From: Octopus bimaculoides
Lineage: Eukaryota
DNA: 64,000 nt
Direction: 5' to 3'
Assembly: GCF_001194135.2 (NCBI RefSeq)
Contig: NC_068989.1
Span: 33,164,094-33,228,093 of the forward strand
Of this stretch, positions 63,201 through 64,000 are shown piece after piece. How positions within the stretch are numbered: position 1 is the first letter of the stretch; each line of letters begins with the position of its first letter. The position numbers and the translations under genes were made by a program. The notes under the pieces were generated by a model. The model was not told the DNA's origin. It did no database searches and saw only the letters and a program-made list of their open reading frames with translations.

Positions 63201-63778
63201 CCATACCTCCATTTAAGGAATTAACTCTAGATTTACTAATTTGTTTATATGATGGGTTTTTACTCAAGGTTGATGCTTTTGGCGGTTTACAATTTAAGTT
63301 TTTAACAAAAGATATTTTCTGGGAGTACCCAGTGTTAGAGAGGGCTTGATTATAATGATGAGCATGATCTTTAAAAATGTCTATCAGAAACAGCTTGGAC
63401 AGTAGTATTAATTATAGAGGGCGAGTGATTGGATAGAGTGTGCTAATGTAACTTGTAGTTTCTTCTGGCTTTCTGTAAGGGTAGTGAAGGCCTTTATCTA
63501 TGTCTAGTGTAGCATCTAAAAAATTAACTATCTTACAGTTGGTCATAAATTCAAGTTTTAGATTAAATGATTTAAAAAATGCCTAATCTTTTTCCTAATT
63601 CTTTCTACGGTACTTTTGCTATTGGTGAGGTATATGAATAGTGCATCGTCTCTGTATAGACCCCACTGAAGGCCTGGTACCTCCGAGAATAGCCTCTTAA
63701 GTAGAAAGGCTCCGACTAAGTCAGTTACCTGAGCTGAGTCGCTCAAGCCCATAGCCACAATCAGAGCCTTTCTACTTA
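60250..63778 (-). mobile_element. 5'-truncated Penelope-like element (RT thumb, C-terminal GIY-YIG endonuclease 61893-62260, AT-rich 3' region)
   Basis: AMG...DLVG.FLL, GLYRDD, VNFLD.TLD, PYRKP, ISYS.LPNMK..I.KHNKK, CNC linker, TYLG..WKSRFYNHRSSF, CQLCSLE, LINKR. Flanked by (TA)n. The 3' boundary is approximate. Confidence 0.88.
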
Positions 63779-63779
63779 G

Positions 63780-63953
63780 CTATATACATGTACACACACA
63801 TATTTATGCATATATATATATATATATATACATATATACATAAATATATATATACATACATATATATACAAATATGTATATATACATATATATATACAAA
63901 TATATATATATACATACATATATATACAAATATATATATACATACATATATAT

Positions 63954-64000
<47 letters not shown>
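63780..64000. repeat. (TA)n-rich microsatellite
   Basis: Directly visible. Confidence 0.9.

Overview
AT-rich (roughly one third GC), repeat-dense animal genomic DNA with four assembly gaps. The repeat types (RTE LINEs with (GAT)n tails, tRNA-derived SINEs, TTAA-MITEs, dense microsatellites) suggest a coleoid cephalopod such as Octopus; this is an inference. The only host gene I can support is cullin-2 (CUL2) on the minus strand. Nine coding exons were reconstructed by hand (48809 down to 11722; 999 nt, 333 aa, all phases consistent). The next exon was not found in the window. The first coding intron (41599-48690) is a minor-spliceosome U12 AT-AC intron of about 7.1 kb. It carries an in-phase strong U2 donor 57 nt inside its 5' end, an intact-looking antisense solo LTR promoter, nested foldbacks, a Dong/R4-like fragment inserted in (TAA)n and a 2A-like peptide remnant. 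The rest of the window is transposon debris: Gypsy elements (one lacking RT/RNase H), Helitrons, Tc1/mariner (including DD37D maT-like), RTE and Jockey/CR1-like LINEs, SINEs, MITEs, Penelope-derived hammerhead-type mini-foldbacks, and a Penelope-like element with unusually long Asn-rich linkers. Most ORFs in the supplied track are spurious or transposon fragments.
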